Source: Lepidodermella squamata
Taxonomy: Eukaryota; Animalia; Gastrotricha
DNA: 64,000 bases
Assembly (NCBI GenBank): GCA_047495785.1
Contig: JBLDXI010000036.1
Span: forward strand, 620,001-684,000
Direction: 5' to 3'
Both the position numbers and the translations under genes were made by a program. Below the pieces are notes generated by a model that was given only the letters and a program-made list of their open reading frames with translations, had not been told where the DNA came from and searched no databases. Of the stretch, positions 1-11,075 are shown in pieces; the first letter of the stretch is position 1, and each line of letters opens with the position of its first letter.

Positions 1-3000
1 TGATATTTGAGGGAATACTTGAGTTAGATATTTTCATGTGTTGCAATGATAAGATAAACTCGCGAAATCCGAGATTCGATTTCATCGGAAAATGAAAAAT
101 TTCGTAAAACTCCAGTACGTGATAGCCCAGCTCGGTGGCCTTTCTCAATTCTTCCGAAACCCACACCCCGCAAAATGACCTATCCTCGATACTATGACAG
201 CATTCTGTAGTTGTATTTTTATCGAGGTAGCACTTCCGACATAGAATGAACACGAGCCGTTCTTCGTCTGCGGATTTCCACCCTAAAAGGGGAAGGAGTA
301 AATTCGGCGCGAGAACCTAAGCAATGAAACCGTGAGGATACGGTTACGGTAATACTACAGCATATTCTAACCTTGGCGCTAACTAATCCGAATGAATGTT
401 CCTCGAAAAAGTGTTTTCGAAGCCAGGCATCATCCATTCTCCTCCGCATGACCTCTTTCGATATATGCCCATGTGGATAGAGTTTGTTAGCACATGACGC
501 GGGATACAAGCTTACAGCATCTCGAATGAGAATCTTCTCGCCGGGTTTAACTATGCACTTTGCCACAAAGGGCTCGTTCCTACCGCCCTTCATTAATACG
601 AATTTTGGAAAAAGAGAATAAGAGAATTGTTAAGATCGTACCTGAAGAGCGGATCGAGGCTTTATCTGCTCAACGACTTTGAAGTTCGCATCAACATATT
701 TCGCAATATCAGGATTATCCCTTAAGAAAGCGGCCCATTCGCATGAGTAAATGGTAGTCACTGGATAAAGTTCTCGCAAAGCTGCAATGTGCTTTGAGGT
801 TTCGTATGATAGCTGTCCAAACGATTTCATGAGCAGAAAATTCATTTTGTTCTCCGGATAACAATGATGTCCATGATGATAGCATCCTGCAGCGAACCTC
901 AAGTTGAGATTATTTCACTGTCACGTTTCACTCACCTAAAAATTCGAAGCAGCGTACGATATCCCCCGTCTGCTGATTTCGTACTATACCATCGATTTTG
1001 CGCATGCCATTGCGTGTTCGAACACGCACCTCTCGACCGTTCAACGCTGACTCTATAACAACATTCGTGCTCATCGAAATGTACCATAACCATTGGTTTG
1101 CTATCCGGCTAGCTGTATCCCTAAGACAGTAACCTTGGGGTGGTAGGATCGCTATAGATTGAGGAATCATATATTTGAGCTGAAGTGAGCATGAAATGAT
1201 GAGAAATGTATTTTACAGTAAATCAGCCTTTACCTTGAATATGAGATGAGCCAGGGAAGATAAGCTGAGAACATTAGCGAAGCAATCTACGCCTAAAGGA
1301 GCCCGTTCACATGTGGAGAGCTGGAGAATCCACTGTCGGAAGCGCATCGCTCCTAGTCGTAATATTATAACATCCATTGACACGTATTTTCGCATTTCAG
1401 CTTGGAAGTCGTAGATTGCCCCAGAAGCCTGCTTTTCCGAAATCATATCGCGAAGGCTTGCTACTTCACTAGGTGATAGTTTCGACAGGTCGTAGTTTTC
1501 TATGGATGGCCAAGACCCTCGATAGAATAGATTCTCAGGTTTGTGAAACACATGTGGAAAGTGTAGTTTCCCAATATCTTTTCCTAAATCCCCCAAAGAG
1601 AATGCTGCTGGAATGCTCGATAAGGGACAATTCAGGAATAAATAGGAATCTATGAATCTAAAAATATTGGAGACATTGCACTGAAAAAGTAATGCAGCGG
1701 TATCACCTTGGCCCTGTAGTCCCGCCACATCGAAGCTCCATTACTCGATTATTCCGCTCTACAGTCGTGATTCTAACATTGTTTTCTTGGCAATACTGGA
1801 GGGCGAACAGTGTATCGAATCTTCCTGTGATCCATTTAAAATACCCAGATAATATAATCACTGAGAAAACGACGTCTACCTCCATAATGGCTGATAATAG
1901 TGAGATTCCTGTGCTTTTCGTTCAAAACAAAGCGCATGAATGCGGGAAAACTGTCTTCGCTATCGTAGAAGAAGATTTCTCTGCAGCCATTCTCGCATAC
2001 CTCAGATCCATCGGCAGGGTAAGATCGAAGTTCGAGTCCAGCACACAGGTGACAAACAAATTGTCCCAGTATTGTTGTTGGATGAAATCGTTTAGATGAT
2101 GAAACTAAGCATTCCGTGTCAAAGAAAAGGTAACGAAACCCGGCAGAGCCGCTACAGTTGGCTTTCAATTTAGGAGGTTGCCAATAGCATGAATGAGACT
2201 TAGTACCGTCCAGCTGAGCTTTACATACGGGGCATTTCAACCCCGGACAAACATGCTTTGAAAAGGATTTCCGAACTTTCACCTTATTACAAGACTTGCA
2301 CTTGATATACTTCTCACAAACCCCAGCTTCTAAATGATTTGTATAGCAAAACTTCCCAAAAAATTGACGATTGCAGGCTGAGCAGTTAATTCTAGGCTCA
2401 TTTGATTCCAAACATCTAATCCAGCGAGCGGGGCGATTGAGAGTATCGCCAGCCTTCTCGTCCAATTCACGTGGAAGCTGCAAGCAGCTTCGACACATGT
2501 AATAACACTTGTGGGCAGTGCTTTTCATAGTTGAAAAACAGAATTTACAACTGCGTGAGTTTGTGAGAGAATATAGTGACTTTAAAGCGCCAAAGTGCCC
2601 TACATTATTCAAGGCCTGCGGTAAAAGCCGGTGGCTAATCCATATCAAGAACAGTCGCCTTGGCTGTAAGTTATTAAAATTGTGAATAGGGGGATATTGC
2701 AATATCACTCGCGAATCTTCTAACGAGTACAGAACTGCTTGATATCCATTAAGGTGCATCATGACTTGCTTCAAATGATCCAAGTTATACGCTGCAACGA
2801 CGTTATTCGTATCTACGAGCTGAATGCCAGCTTTCACCGCAAGTTCTCGCGCCTTCCTACGCTCTGTCGACCTGCTTTTCTCTGCAATGACTCTAAAAAA
2901 CTCACGCCCTTCCTCATCTAACTTTGGATTAAGTACATAGGTCATGAGATTTTCTCTTTTATGAGAAAGATAGGCTTGGTAGTCAGCCCATAGCTTGGAT

Positions 3001-3554
3001 AGTACTATAGCTCGAAATAAGCATAGCTGGTCCCCAGATTCTACCGGTATGTAACTTGATAGAGAGGAAAGCCACTGGAGAGCTGTTGATTCCAAGGTGC
3101 GCTTACGACTCTTTCGAGTGCTTTTCGCGCCGCCCCCAGCTCCCATATAGTTCGAGCGAATTTTGCTACCAAAGACCATGTGGGCTTCCACAGTCCATGG
3201 CATTGAGCTCAATATAATGCCTCGCTTGCTTTGTACCACCCTTTCGAGATACGACGTGACCTTGCTTCCAGTCAAAGCTCCCAAGCGCAAGTATGGTAGC
3301 GACACTGGATAGTCAAGAAGTTCGTTTTTCAACACCAATCGACACAAGTCATCGGCGTGAAATCGAGCTTTTATCGCATCCACAATTTCATCGAAAAATT
3401 GTTGAATTTTAGACATGAACTTCAACAAGTCGTGAGAAGGATCGCTATTATTGCCAGCGCCCGATTGAAGCATAGGATCTTCGGGTAAAATTTCAAAGTC
3501 ATAAATTGACAGCCCAAATTTGTGACTTTGTTGAGTCTCCCGCACGAGTCTCAT
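1..3554 (-). CDS. Protein-primed family B DNA polymerase (Polinton/Maverick type, VSR-insert group), multi-exon, 3' end outside window
   Basis: Exons 3554-1880, 1824-1707, 1657-1234, 1179-936, 886-642, 587-372, 316-1 joined over GT-AG introns give one open frame (~1079 codons). Motifs: DQLCLFRAI...GHF (vOTU-like), CxxC clusters, ExoI YLFFDTEC, ExoII HYGG|RFDT, RFIDSYLFL..PLS, KLHFPH, ExoIII YVSMDVIIL, KIDG..FEFLG|CYHHGH (VSR-like), PRSALQ|GGRNE, palm DAVSLYP, LVFILCRKC..GVWVSEEL..A..LGY. Confidence 0.93.
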
Positions 3555-3630
3555 GACTGTCAAAATACTGGAAAATTACAACCTATAAAATGATGAACTA
3601 GTAGAAATATTCAACCATTCAACCAATGGT

Positions 3631-3966
3631 TTAATGCCGACGACGATAAAATTCGATATATGTAGCTATACAATAGGCAGCTTCTCTAATAAAGCCGCTT
3701 TCTTCATCTTCATGAGGCAGTTCAATTATATGTGCACACAGCCAAATGAGCTGATATTTCCGATTTTTAGCCAAGTAGCGAGTTGCTATAGTAAGGGCTG
3801 TCATACTTTGAAGAACTTTGAGCATTCTACTCATTGGGCTTTCGATGCCGATTATCTCTGTTGTCTCCATGCGAAGCCCGCTGTAGAGGTTAAATCGAAG
3901 TATCGCAATTGCTGTTTCTCGGATTTCAGATATGAAGGCAGAGATTAGAGCTGATGAAGTCGCCAT
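3631..3966 (-). CDS. Small hypothetical protein (111 aa) between the PC4-like gene and pPolB, probably part of the element
   Basis: Clean ORF with aaaATGG start context, co-oriented and tightly packed (77 nt to the pPolB ATG). No recognisable domain. Confidence 0.55.
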   Translation of the reverse strand: MATSSALISAFISEIRETAIAILRFNLYSGLRMETTEIIGIESPMSRMLKVLQSMTALTIATRYLAKNRKYQLIWLCAHIIELPHEDEESGFIREAAYCIATYIEFYRRRH

Positions 3967-4221
3967 TTTTGATAGGAATGTTGAATTTTAGGGTAAATGT
4001 TTACATAAAGTCTAAAAATAGGAAACCAATAGATTTTGCCGGCTATTATTTTTTATTATTGGGAGGGTATATTGAGCGATTAGATAGAGAGGTTCGATTA
4101 GATGAGTTCGATTGGGAGCTATTTTTTACAATAATGGATTAACAGATTAGGAGAGTATGAATGTGTGTATGATACATTATGTTTACAATGTGCGGATGAC
4201 CTGCCGAACCTTTGCAGCTGT

Positions 4222-5382
4222 TCAATACTTATAGACACTCTCTAAAACCTGCTTCAACTCATTATAGGCAGAAAGTGTGATGTTAAGCCCATCCCTAGTT
4301 GGCCGTGGCTCTTCATCAGCGGTCTCTCCCATATAATAAATCCTAATGTCAACGCTCAATTTCTTGCTGCCGACAGGTTTGTACAGTGAAACAAAAACAT
4401 TTTCAAAAGCATGCCACTTTTTACGCATGTGAGCTTCCAGGACGGATTCAGGATAGTTTTCAGCGTTCGTGAGGATCGTATTGACCTCAGTAACCCAATC
4501 GGCAGGTCTCCTCAATTCATCCAGCAGCTGCGCGACTTCAAAACCTGTCATAAACAGACCTTTCTGTGGTAAAGGGGCTTGCGTTTTATCCCACATTTCT
4601 GAATTTGCAATTCTGCCAACGAAGTAAACTGGATCCCCTGAGTAAGTGTTGAACTTTAAAGCTTTGAAGCTGCGAGATTTGAATGGAACAATAGCTTCAA
4701 GACTTCTAATTTGTTCCTTGAATTGCTCTGTTCGCTTTGTCGTTGACGTGAGATCGAGGAAAATAGGCAGGGGAATCTGTAATGTGAGAAATGATCTTTT
4801 AAAATTCGATTGAGACTAATTTTTTGCGATTATTTCATTGCATATTTTTCCTATTTCTAGCCTCATTTCTAGCTCATCTCCGATGTCTCTAGATGACTGT
4901 AGAAATGCCCCATATTTTTAGCTATGGAATTTCGCGCTACATAATCCACCATTTTTCGGGTAAAACTATAGCTGACAGGTCTTATATACCTCCAGGTTGA
5001 TTATGCAATATTCAGTTATGACTATTTCGAGACCTAAAATTCTAATGATTTTAATTCTAAAATTCTCTCCCGAATTTTAGTCAGGTAAACTGACCTTGGG
5101 GCGGCTGGCAGTTCGACGTGGCGCACTCGACTGGGTTTGTGGAATTGGTGGTATCTCCGCTAATTGTTGACCAGGAATTGATGGCTGTAGATTACTCAAA
5201 TCTACAAGCGACTTTCGATTCATCTCGCCAGGTTGAGGAATCGATTCCGGTGATGCGATATCACCAACTTCTGCCTCGTGGGTATCTGTAGGCTGTGGGT
5301 AAAATTCAGCCTGAGTTGACGAGATTGAAGACACCTCGATAAAATCGTCGTCGATATCAAGGCAAGTTGCTGCGGGAGACAT
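4222..5382 (-). CDS. PC4-like ssDNA-binding protein with an acidic/Pro-rich N-terminus and probably two PC4 folds (2 exons)
   Basis: Exon 5382-5095 (donor AAG|GTCAGT) joins in phase 0 to exon 4776-4222 (acceptor ttacag|ATT). C-terminal VDIRIYY...RPTRDGLNITLSAYNEL matches the PC4 pattern. An upstream degenerate repeat reads FNTYSGDPVYFVGRI...PQKGLFMT. Confidence 0.75.
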
Positions 5383-5454
5383 GAGGGAGCACTAGTAAGA
5401 TTAGTGTAAATCGATGCGATATACAACGTGATTTTGCGATACGGGTGCATAGCC

Positions 5455-6010
5455 CCTGATTTTCACGGGTATTTATACCCTGAACAGGCACCGTGAACTC
5501 TTCAAGTTATTTGGTTAACCTTATGAAATTGCCCCAATTTGCGATTATTACCTGATAATTACGCATATAATTGAATTAATTTTTTATTTGAGTGCCCATT
5601 TGATGTTATCATTTTCAGAATATTGCACTTGATATTTCAATTTGACACCTTTACGATGTTTATTTTATCTCAACTATTCAATTTCAGGTGTGAAGTGATT
5701 TGCCACCATGTCACACAAATTATTGATCTCGCATTTGAGTACTATGAATAATAATTTTTTATTATCACTCTTGAAAATTTATGACATTGCTAATGACGAT
5801 AGTGCTCATCTGAAATTCAGGAATTTCCTCATTTAATTTTAATAGTATTTTTTTTGGCGATTCATTAAGGTGGCTGGCGTGCGCGCGATATTTAATTAGC
5901 ATTCGGCTAATTTAACGCGCGCGCGTTGCTATTGCGTGGAAAAACGCTCTGTTCCATCGCTCGCGATAATTGCTTGCGGTTCTATTTATACTTTACGAGT
6001 CCTTTCAGTT
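5455..6010. promoter_or_regulatory. Putative divergent promoter region of the element
   Basis: Minus-strand TATAAAT (5477-5471) upstream of the PC4-like ATG. Plus-strand TATTTATA (5983-5990) followed by Inr-like TCAGTT (6005-6010), then a 5'UTR intron (donor aag|gtaggt ~6054, acceptor ttccaag ~6236). Confidence 0.45.
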
Positions 6011-6245
6011 GCAACGTACACGTGAGCTAATTTCACTCCTTTAATAGAACAAGGTAGGTGGAAATGAGGTCTTTGACGCGACATTAATTGCCCAATTCGA
6101 GGTTTGAATTTGGCGGTCTATCAGAATGCAGCACCTGCACCGCCGCGATTATGCAATGCGAGCGTCGAGGGGCGAACACGCGCAGCGCCGGCATTTGCGC
6201 TAACTGCTAACTCACGAATTATTGCTTATTTCCAAGTTTAAAACT

Positions 6246-7430
6246 ATGGCGATGAGAAATTTCAAATCAGCTATTATCATCGATCTAACGGAAGATTCGC
6301 TCGATGAGGCCGCGATAGCGACGCGGATTATCAACGCTCAACTGAGCACCCACAATAGCGGACCACAACTAGCTCCGCACTCCCGCCTTCTCAGTTTATT
6401 TCATCGCCCACCCGCCCTCGCGCCCTGCTTCCGCCTCACGTTTCGACACCAGCTCGCAACATGCATCCACTCCCGACGGCCTCGCCATGCGCCTCGGTTT
6501 TAACCGACTCTGTTGTTAACGATGTGAAGGTGTTTCACACGCCTGCAGCTCATCTGGTTCGCTTATATTTTTATTCACTCATTTTACACTCAATTTCATA
6601 ATATATTAAATTAGGCTATTGATGATAGAACACCCACCGGGCCTACTCGTGCCACTGCGACTAGCAAAGGCGCCACTGCGCCGCGCGATGCTACCGTATC
6701 TCCTCAACCTCGCTTTTCACCACCGCCGCCTTTCGTGCCTACTCAACCGCTTTTCCGCCCTAGTTCCATCGCTAGCAATGTCGCTATGTGTGGCACTCAA
6801 CATCCGATTGATGAGTCGACCCGACTTGATACGATTGCACAACAGCAACAGCTCAACACTTCTGTTCTCGATGTTACTGCCGTGCGTGAATCGTACTATT
6901 TGATTGATCGAACATACGCGTTCCCAAGGATCGCCTATAACGCCAGTGATAATTTTCATGTCGATATTCGCGAGATTGAGACATGCTGCTTGCCCACAAT
7001 CGACCACGCTTCGCGATTCATCGCAATTTACACTCATCGAAGTGATTCTGGTGATGCATGGAATAAGTGGGATCAATGGGTCAACGTCTCGCTGTTTTTA
7101 GCTCCTCTGCTGCGGCTGCATCTACAGTTATTCAGTAACCGGGTTAATACTACGCTACCATCATCCAGTTTAACTCGACTACGTCACCTACCTCTCAACC
7201 AATACTGTAAAGAGGTCAACATTCATCGACTCATGTCTGTGAAACATCGCGAGGTTTTCATGGACGAATGCTGCTTTCCAGTGTTAGAACACTTCACTGC
7301 GTTCCCGGAATGCTACGCGAAACGGGAGCGAGTAAATGATAACTGCTGGGCACGATGGGTGAACCACGCTTCCTGGCTCGATGGCTTCTGCAAGCAACAT
7401 TTAATCAACGTCATTAATGCTAGCTATTAG
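6246..7430 (+). CDS. Hypothetical Pro/Thr-rich protein with a Cys/Trp-containing C-terminal domain; possible frameshift near 6360
   Basis: Exon ending VVNDVK|GTGTTT (~6529) splices in frame to aattag|GCT (~6615), which continues into ORF 6735-7430. AATAAA at 7511. The N-terminal MAMRNFKSAIIIDLTEDS (SIM-like IDLT) is one base out of frame with the Pro-rich part. Confidence 0.45.
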
Positions 7431-8050
7431 TCACAGATATTCTGCTCTCGACTCGCACGTTTTTGTTTCACTTGATTATTTATCTGTGTTATTGTTCGCC
7501 TCACATGTATAATAAAACTGCACTCGGCATCCGACGTCTTTTCATTTTCGTCACTGTCTGCTACAGCTTGCAGTTCCAGATTATTGCTCTTACAATTTAT
7601 TTACGAGAATTTCAGGAAAAATGAGGGCAAAATAATCACGCTCCTGATTCAAACTATCGCATTTTCCGTGAAAATAATGACCAAAAATTATCTGAAAATA
7701 ATTGAGGTTTTTCATTTATATTTTACTAGTTTTCGAAGTCAAATTTTTTCCCGTCATTTTTTGAAAATTAGTCGTTTCTCAATTTCGCGAAATTATATCG
7801 CCCTGCCCATACATTATTCATGACATCGTTTTTTATCAACTCGATTTTTTTTGACTTTACACAAAAAAATTCATCCCCGTTTTTTATGCATTTTTAATCA
7901 CCCATTTTCTACTCCGGTTTTAACCTATTTTGTTTACAGGTTTTTTACTGGTTTTTTACGGTCTGGGTCCACTCCTCCTAATATCAAGCCATATACCCTT
8001 CATGTCTTCCGTATATTATATAGAATTTCCCCTCGCGATATGAAAACGCA

Positions 8051-8305
8051 TAGTACGTGATGTTATAACATTTCTTTGCAAAAATTCTTCGCCCACGGCT
8101 CAATTATCTGCTGCCTGTCATGCAGAAAAGTGAAATAAGACAAGATTTGGGTGGTTCTGATACCCTGGCAGACCCTACCTACAGGCTATGTAATTAGGAT
8201 TCAAGGTATGAGGTATACAGTTACATACCAACCTCATGCGTCTGCACTCCACGATCCATAGGGTCCTCAATACAATTTTCTGACTCGCAGCATTTTCTAC
8301 TAATA
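8051..8305 (+). promoter_or_regulatory. Conserved upstream motif set of the GPCR paralogs (TAGTACGTGA; TGATACCCTGGCAGA; TAATTAGG...CAGTTAC)
   Basis: Motifs at 8051, 8158, 8191 and 8218 recur, in whole or part, at similar distances upstream of the other copies (see findings). Confidence 0.6.
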
Positions 8306-10576
8306 ATGAAAACAACCATTCCTCAATTGGCGACATTGCTTGCTATTTTCATCGCGAATTCAGCTATTGGAGAGAATACCAAAGTGGAAATATTCTTTGG
8401 AATCTCCCCAATTCAAGCTGGCGATGGTGCCGGTGACATTTGCCCGCATGTTCAAAAGCTGATGTTCGACATGGTCAACATGCGGAGCGACATATTGCCC
8501 GGCTATCAATTGGTTGCCTTGAATCAAGATGAAGGGCCAGGGGGTATCCTGCTAACCCGTAGAGTGATAGAATTCTATAGAAAACCTTCAGCTAACAATT
8601 CAGTCAAATCGCCCGTTGTTATCGCAGGAGGTTTCACTGCTGGATGCAAAACTCTAGCGCAAATTGCTCACCATTCGAATTTGGTTGCTATCGCTCCAAT
8701 TTGTCTATCACCCATTTTCACCGCAAATCGGGCATTGTTTCCGAATTTATATCGCATCCGTCCGTCCGGGGAGGCACTAGCCCTGCCGAGACTGAATTTC
8801 ATCAAAAGAATCGGTGGTTGGCGAAAAATAGCGATACTAGCGAACGCCGGCACCACGGTTCTGAATTATCAAGTTGCTACGTACTTCTACAATTTGGCCG
8901 TTAAAAATGGCTTAGAAGTTGTTCGCTACGATGCAGCCTTCGATGTGAACGCCGACATGTTATCAGGATTGGCTATTTCAGGTGCTAGAGTGATAGTTTA
9001 TGAAATTTCAGATTTCCCAAACGCCATGCTTTTTCTTTGTAAATGCTTCAGTATCGGCTTGACTGGACCTCGCTACGTTTTCATTATGGCTGGGCTCGCC
9101 TATGAGAATCCGAATACAAGACCCGAATCTATGCCTCCGGGGTGTTCCAAGGCCACGGTCTCACAACAGTATCGATCGACTGTTTTCATCGGATCTATAA
9201 TGACGAGTTTCGGCGTCGAAAACACGGACAAAACCAGTCTAGGCTATGATGCGAAGCAGTTTGACGAAATGCTTGATAGAGCGGTCCCCGATGCGAGGAA
9301 CTTTTCTGGCTACGGAAGGCGATACCTCTGCCATGATCAGTATCTTCAGACCATTCTAACGCTAGACGGCGCTGAGAAGATTCTTAACATGAAGAATATA
9401 TCTCTCAAAGATTACGACAACTATCCGAGAATAGTGATGGACGCCGCGAATAAAAGTGCTGCATCTATCAGAATTGTAGGCTTCAGGCAAGGCGTTATCA
9501 AATATTCCTCTAGGCTTGAACAGGACTCGGAGCCTCAGTACGTCTATCAGTGGATACCAGAGGAAAATAGGGCCCGGATCAATTACGAAATGACTCTACT
9601 GCCGAACAAAACAAACGTGAGTGATGTCTCGAGTTATGTTGTTCGCAGTTTCGAACCTTACATTTGGTACACAGAGACTAAGCAGGCCCCAGCTGATTGG
9701 CCGGGAGAGGAAATCGAGGTAATTCACGTCCCAGATGCTTATCTCGTATTTGCCTGCGTCTTCAGCGGGGTAACAACCCTCGCCCAAGTGCTGGCTTTAA
9801 TCTCAAAGCTCGAAATTGATAGGATTGTATTCACCCTGGCTTGCTTGTTACTCAACGCAGCTTCAATCCTATTCGCCCTGAATGTTCATTCTGCAGCCGT
9901 TTGTAGTGCGAAATACATTTTTCTTGTTATTGGAGCAACCGTCACTCATTTGGTTCTTTATCGAAAGTTGGCTTTCTATGTCTTTTCGAACCAGCGTACC
10001 ACTACTCTGCCTCACAATAACTCGAGCTTCTCTGTATTTCCAAGGTTCCAAGTTGAAAAAGTGGTGAAGAAAAAAGGCTCTAGGCGGTTGCAATTACTGT
10101 TCGCTTATTTTGCGCCCATCCTTCTTCTAATTATCAGCATATCATTATTAGCAGCGTGGCTAATCGAAAATCCTATGGAGTCACGTCTTACCGACGTACG
10201 TAGCAATTACGATTCAGATCGTGACATTCTACGCCATTTTTATGTTGAATTATGCGAGGCTAGCGAAATTGAGGGCATGAAATACAAGACAACACTAGCT
10301 GCTATAGATCTAATTCCTGCAGGCGCAGCTGTTCTCCTATCTATATCCATTGTCAAAGCCCGAGAGCCGGAAATCAAACGTTATCGCATGGCCTCACTCA
10401 TCAACTTGCCCTTAGTCATCGGGGCGATTTTCATGGTTGTAGCGTCGATCGGTTCTCATGTAACCCAGCAAATTGTCGCTTCGATAGCATGTTTAAGTAT
10501 TTCGGGTCTGACCAGCGTTTTTGTACTGTTCTCAGATAGATCGGCTGTGACTGTTCGTCGATTGATTGTATTTTAA
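8306..10576 (+). CDS. GABA-B-like class C GPCR, copy 1 (intact, intronless, 756 aa)
   Basis: Signal peptide; VFT motifs DILPGYQL, SPIFTANRALFPNLYRIRPS, ARVIV, CFSIGLTGPRYVFI; PADWP linker; seven hydrophobic segments with TM3 Cys and Lys, W..NP at TM4, ECL2 ELC; AATAAA downstream. Confidence 0.92.
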   Translation: MKTTIPQLATLLAIFIANSAIGENTKVEIFFGISPIQAGDGAGDICPHVQKLMFDMVNMRSDILPGYQLVALNQDEGPGGILLTRRVIEFYRKPSANNSVKSPVVIAGGFTAGCKTLAQIAHHSNLVAIAPICLSPIFTANRALFPNLYRIRPSGEALALPRLNFIKRIGGWRKIAILANAGTTVLNYQVATYFYNLAVKNGLEVVRYDAAFDVNADMLSGLAISGARVIVYEISDFPNAMLFLCKCFSIGLTGPRYVFIMAGLAYENPNTRPESMPPGCSKATVSQQYRSTVFIGSIMTSFGVENTDKTSLGYDAKQFDEMLDRAVPDARNFSGYGRRYLCHDQYLQTILTLDGAEKILNMKNISLKDYDNYPRIVMDAANKSAASIRIVGFRQGVIKYSSRLEQDSEPQYVYQWIPEENRARINYEMTLLPNKTNVSDVSSYVVRSFEPYIWYTETKQAPADWPGEEIEVIHVPDAYLVFACVFSGVTTLAQVLALISKLEIDRIVFTLACLLLNAASILFALNVHSAAVCSAKYIFLVIGATVTHLVLYRKLAFYVFSNQRTTTLPHNNSSFSVFPRFQVEKVVKKKGSRRLQLLFAYFAPILLLIISISLLAAWLIENPMESRLTDVRSNYDSDRDILRHFYVELCEASEIEGMKYKTTLAAIDLIPAGAAVLLSISIVKAREPEIKRYRMASLINLPLVIGAIFMVVASIGSHVTQQIVASIACLSISGLTSVFVLFSDRSAVTVRRLIVF

Positions 10577-11075
10577 AGCAAGATGAAATTGAACGCTGAA
10601 CATATATATGTAGGCATGTAAATAAATACTTTTTATCAACATGTGTCGCGTTTTACTGCATCAGTAAATAGTCCACTAACGGCTTGACGATGCCAAGTTT
10701 AATTATGCATATTAGTGTATAGCATGATACAGGTTACGGAGCTAGTTTTCGGCAGCCCGGCTTGGTGCAGCCTCTGCAGAAATTCTGTAACGAAGTGTGG
10801 CTTGAACGCTCGCACTTCAACCAAAGTGGCAGTATGAATGCTGAATGGGGCGAACGTCCCCAAGAATGCGACAAATTGCAGCAATGCCAAGGCATGGCGT
10901 GCGCGTGCAATCGCAGCAGGATATATTTGAAGGATATCGAAAAATGGGGCCAAATAGGCGCCGGTTCCTACTTTGTCACTATCGGTCTCTTGCGTCTCAG
11001 CACCTGCTGCCACACTCACAATAGGCATTGGGGTAGAATTTTCTCGACGGATTAGCGAAGCCAAGACCCCAACTG

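Larger units (their letters stand above)
1..7600. mobile_element. Polinton/Maverick-like (pPolB-encoding) element, partial; right boundary undefined (about 7.6-8.0 kb)
   Basis: pPolB plus compact accessory genes. No integrase, capsid, TIR or TSD is visible in the window. Confidence 0.65.

Noticed and set aside
219-1885. Reading the pPolB fragments as a frameshifted pseudogene
   Set aside because: Every break coincides with a canonical GT-AG intron that restores the frame and the motifs.
7560-8050. Polinton terminal inverted repeat
   Set aside because: No (AGT)n/(AG)n terminus or TSD is recognisable, and the partner end is outside the window.
10730-11055. Cys-rich plus-strand ORF, possibly a PAN-like exon remnant
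   Set aside because: No start, partner exons or convincing domain; it abuts a transposon end.
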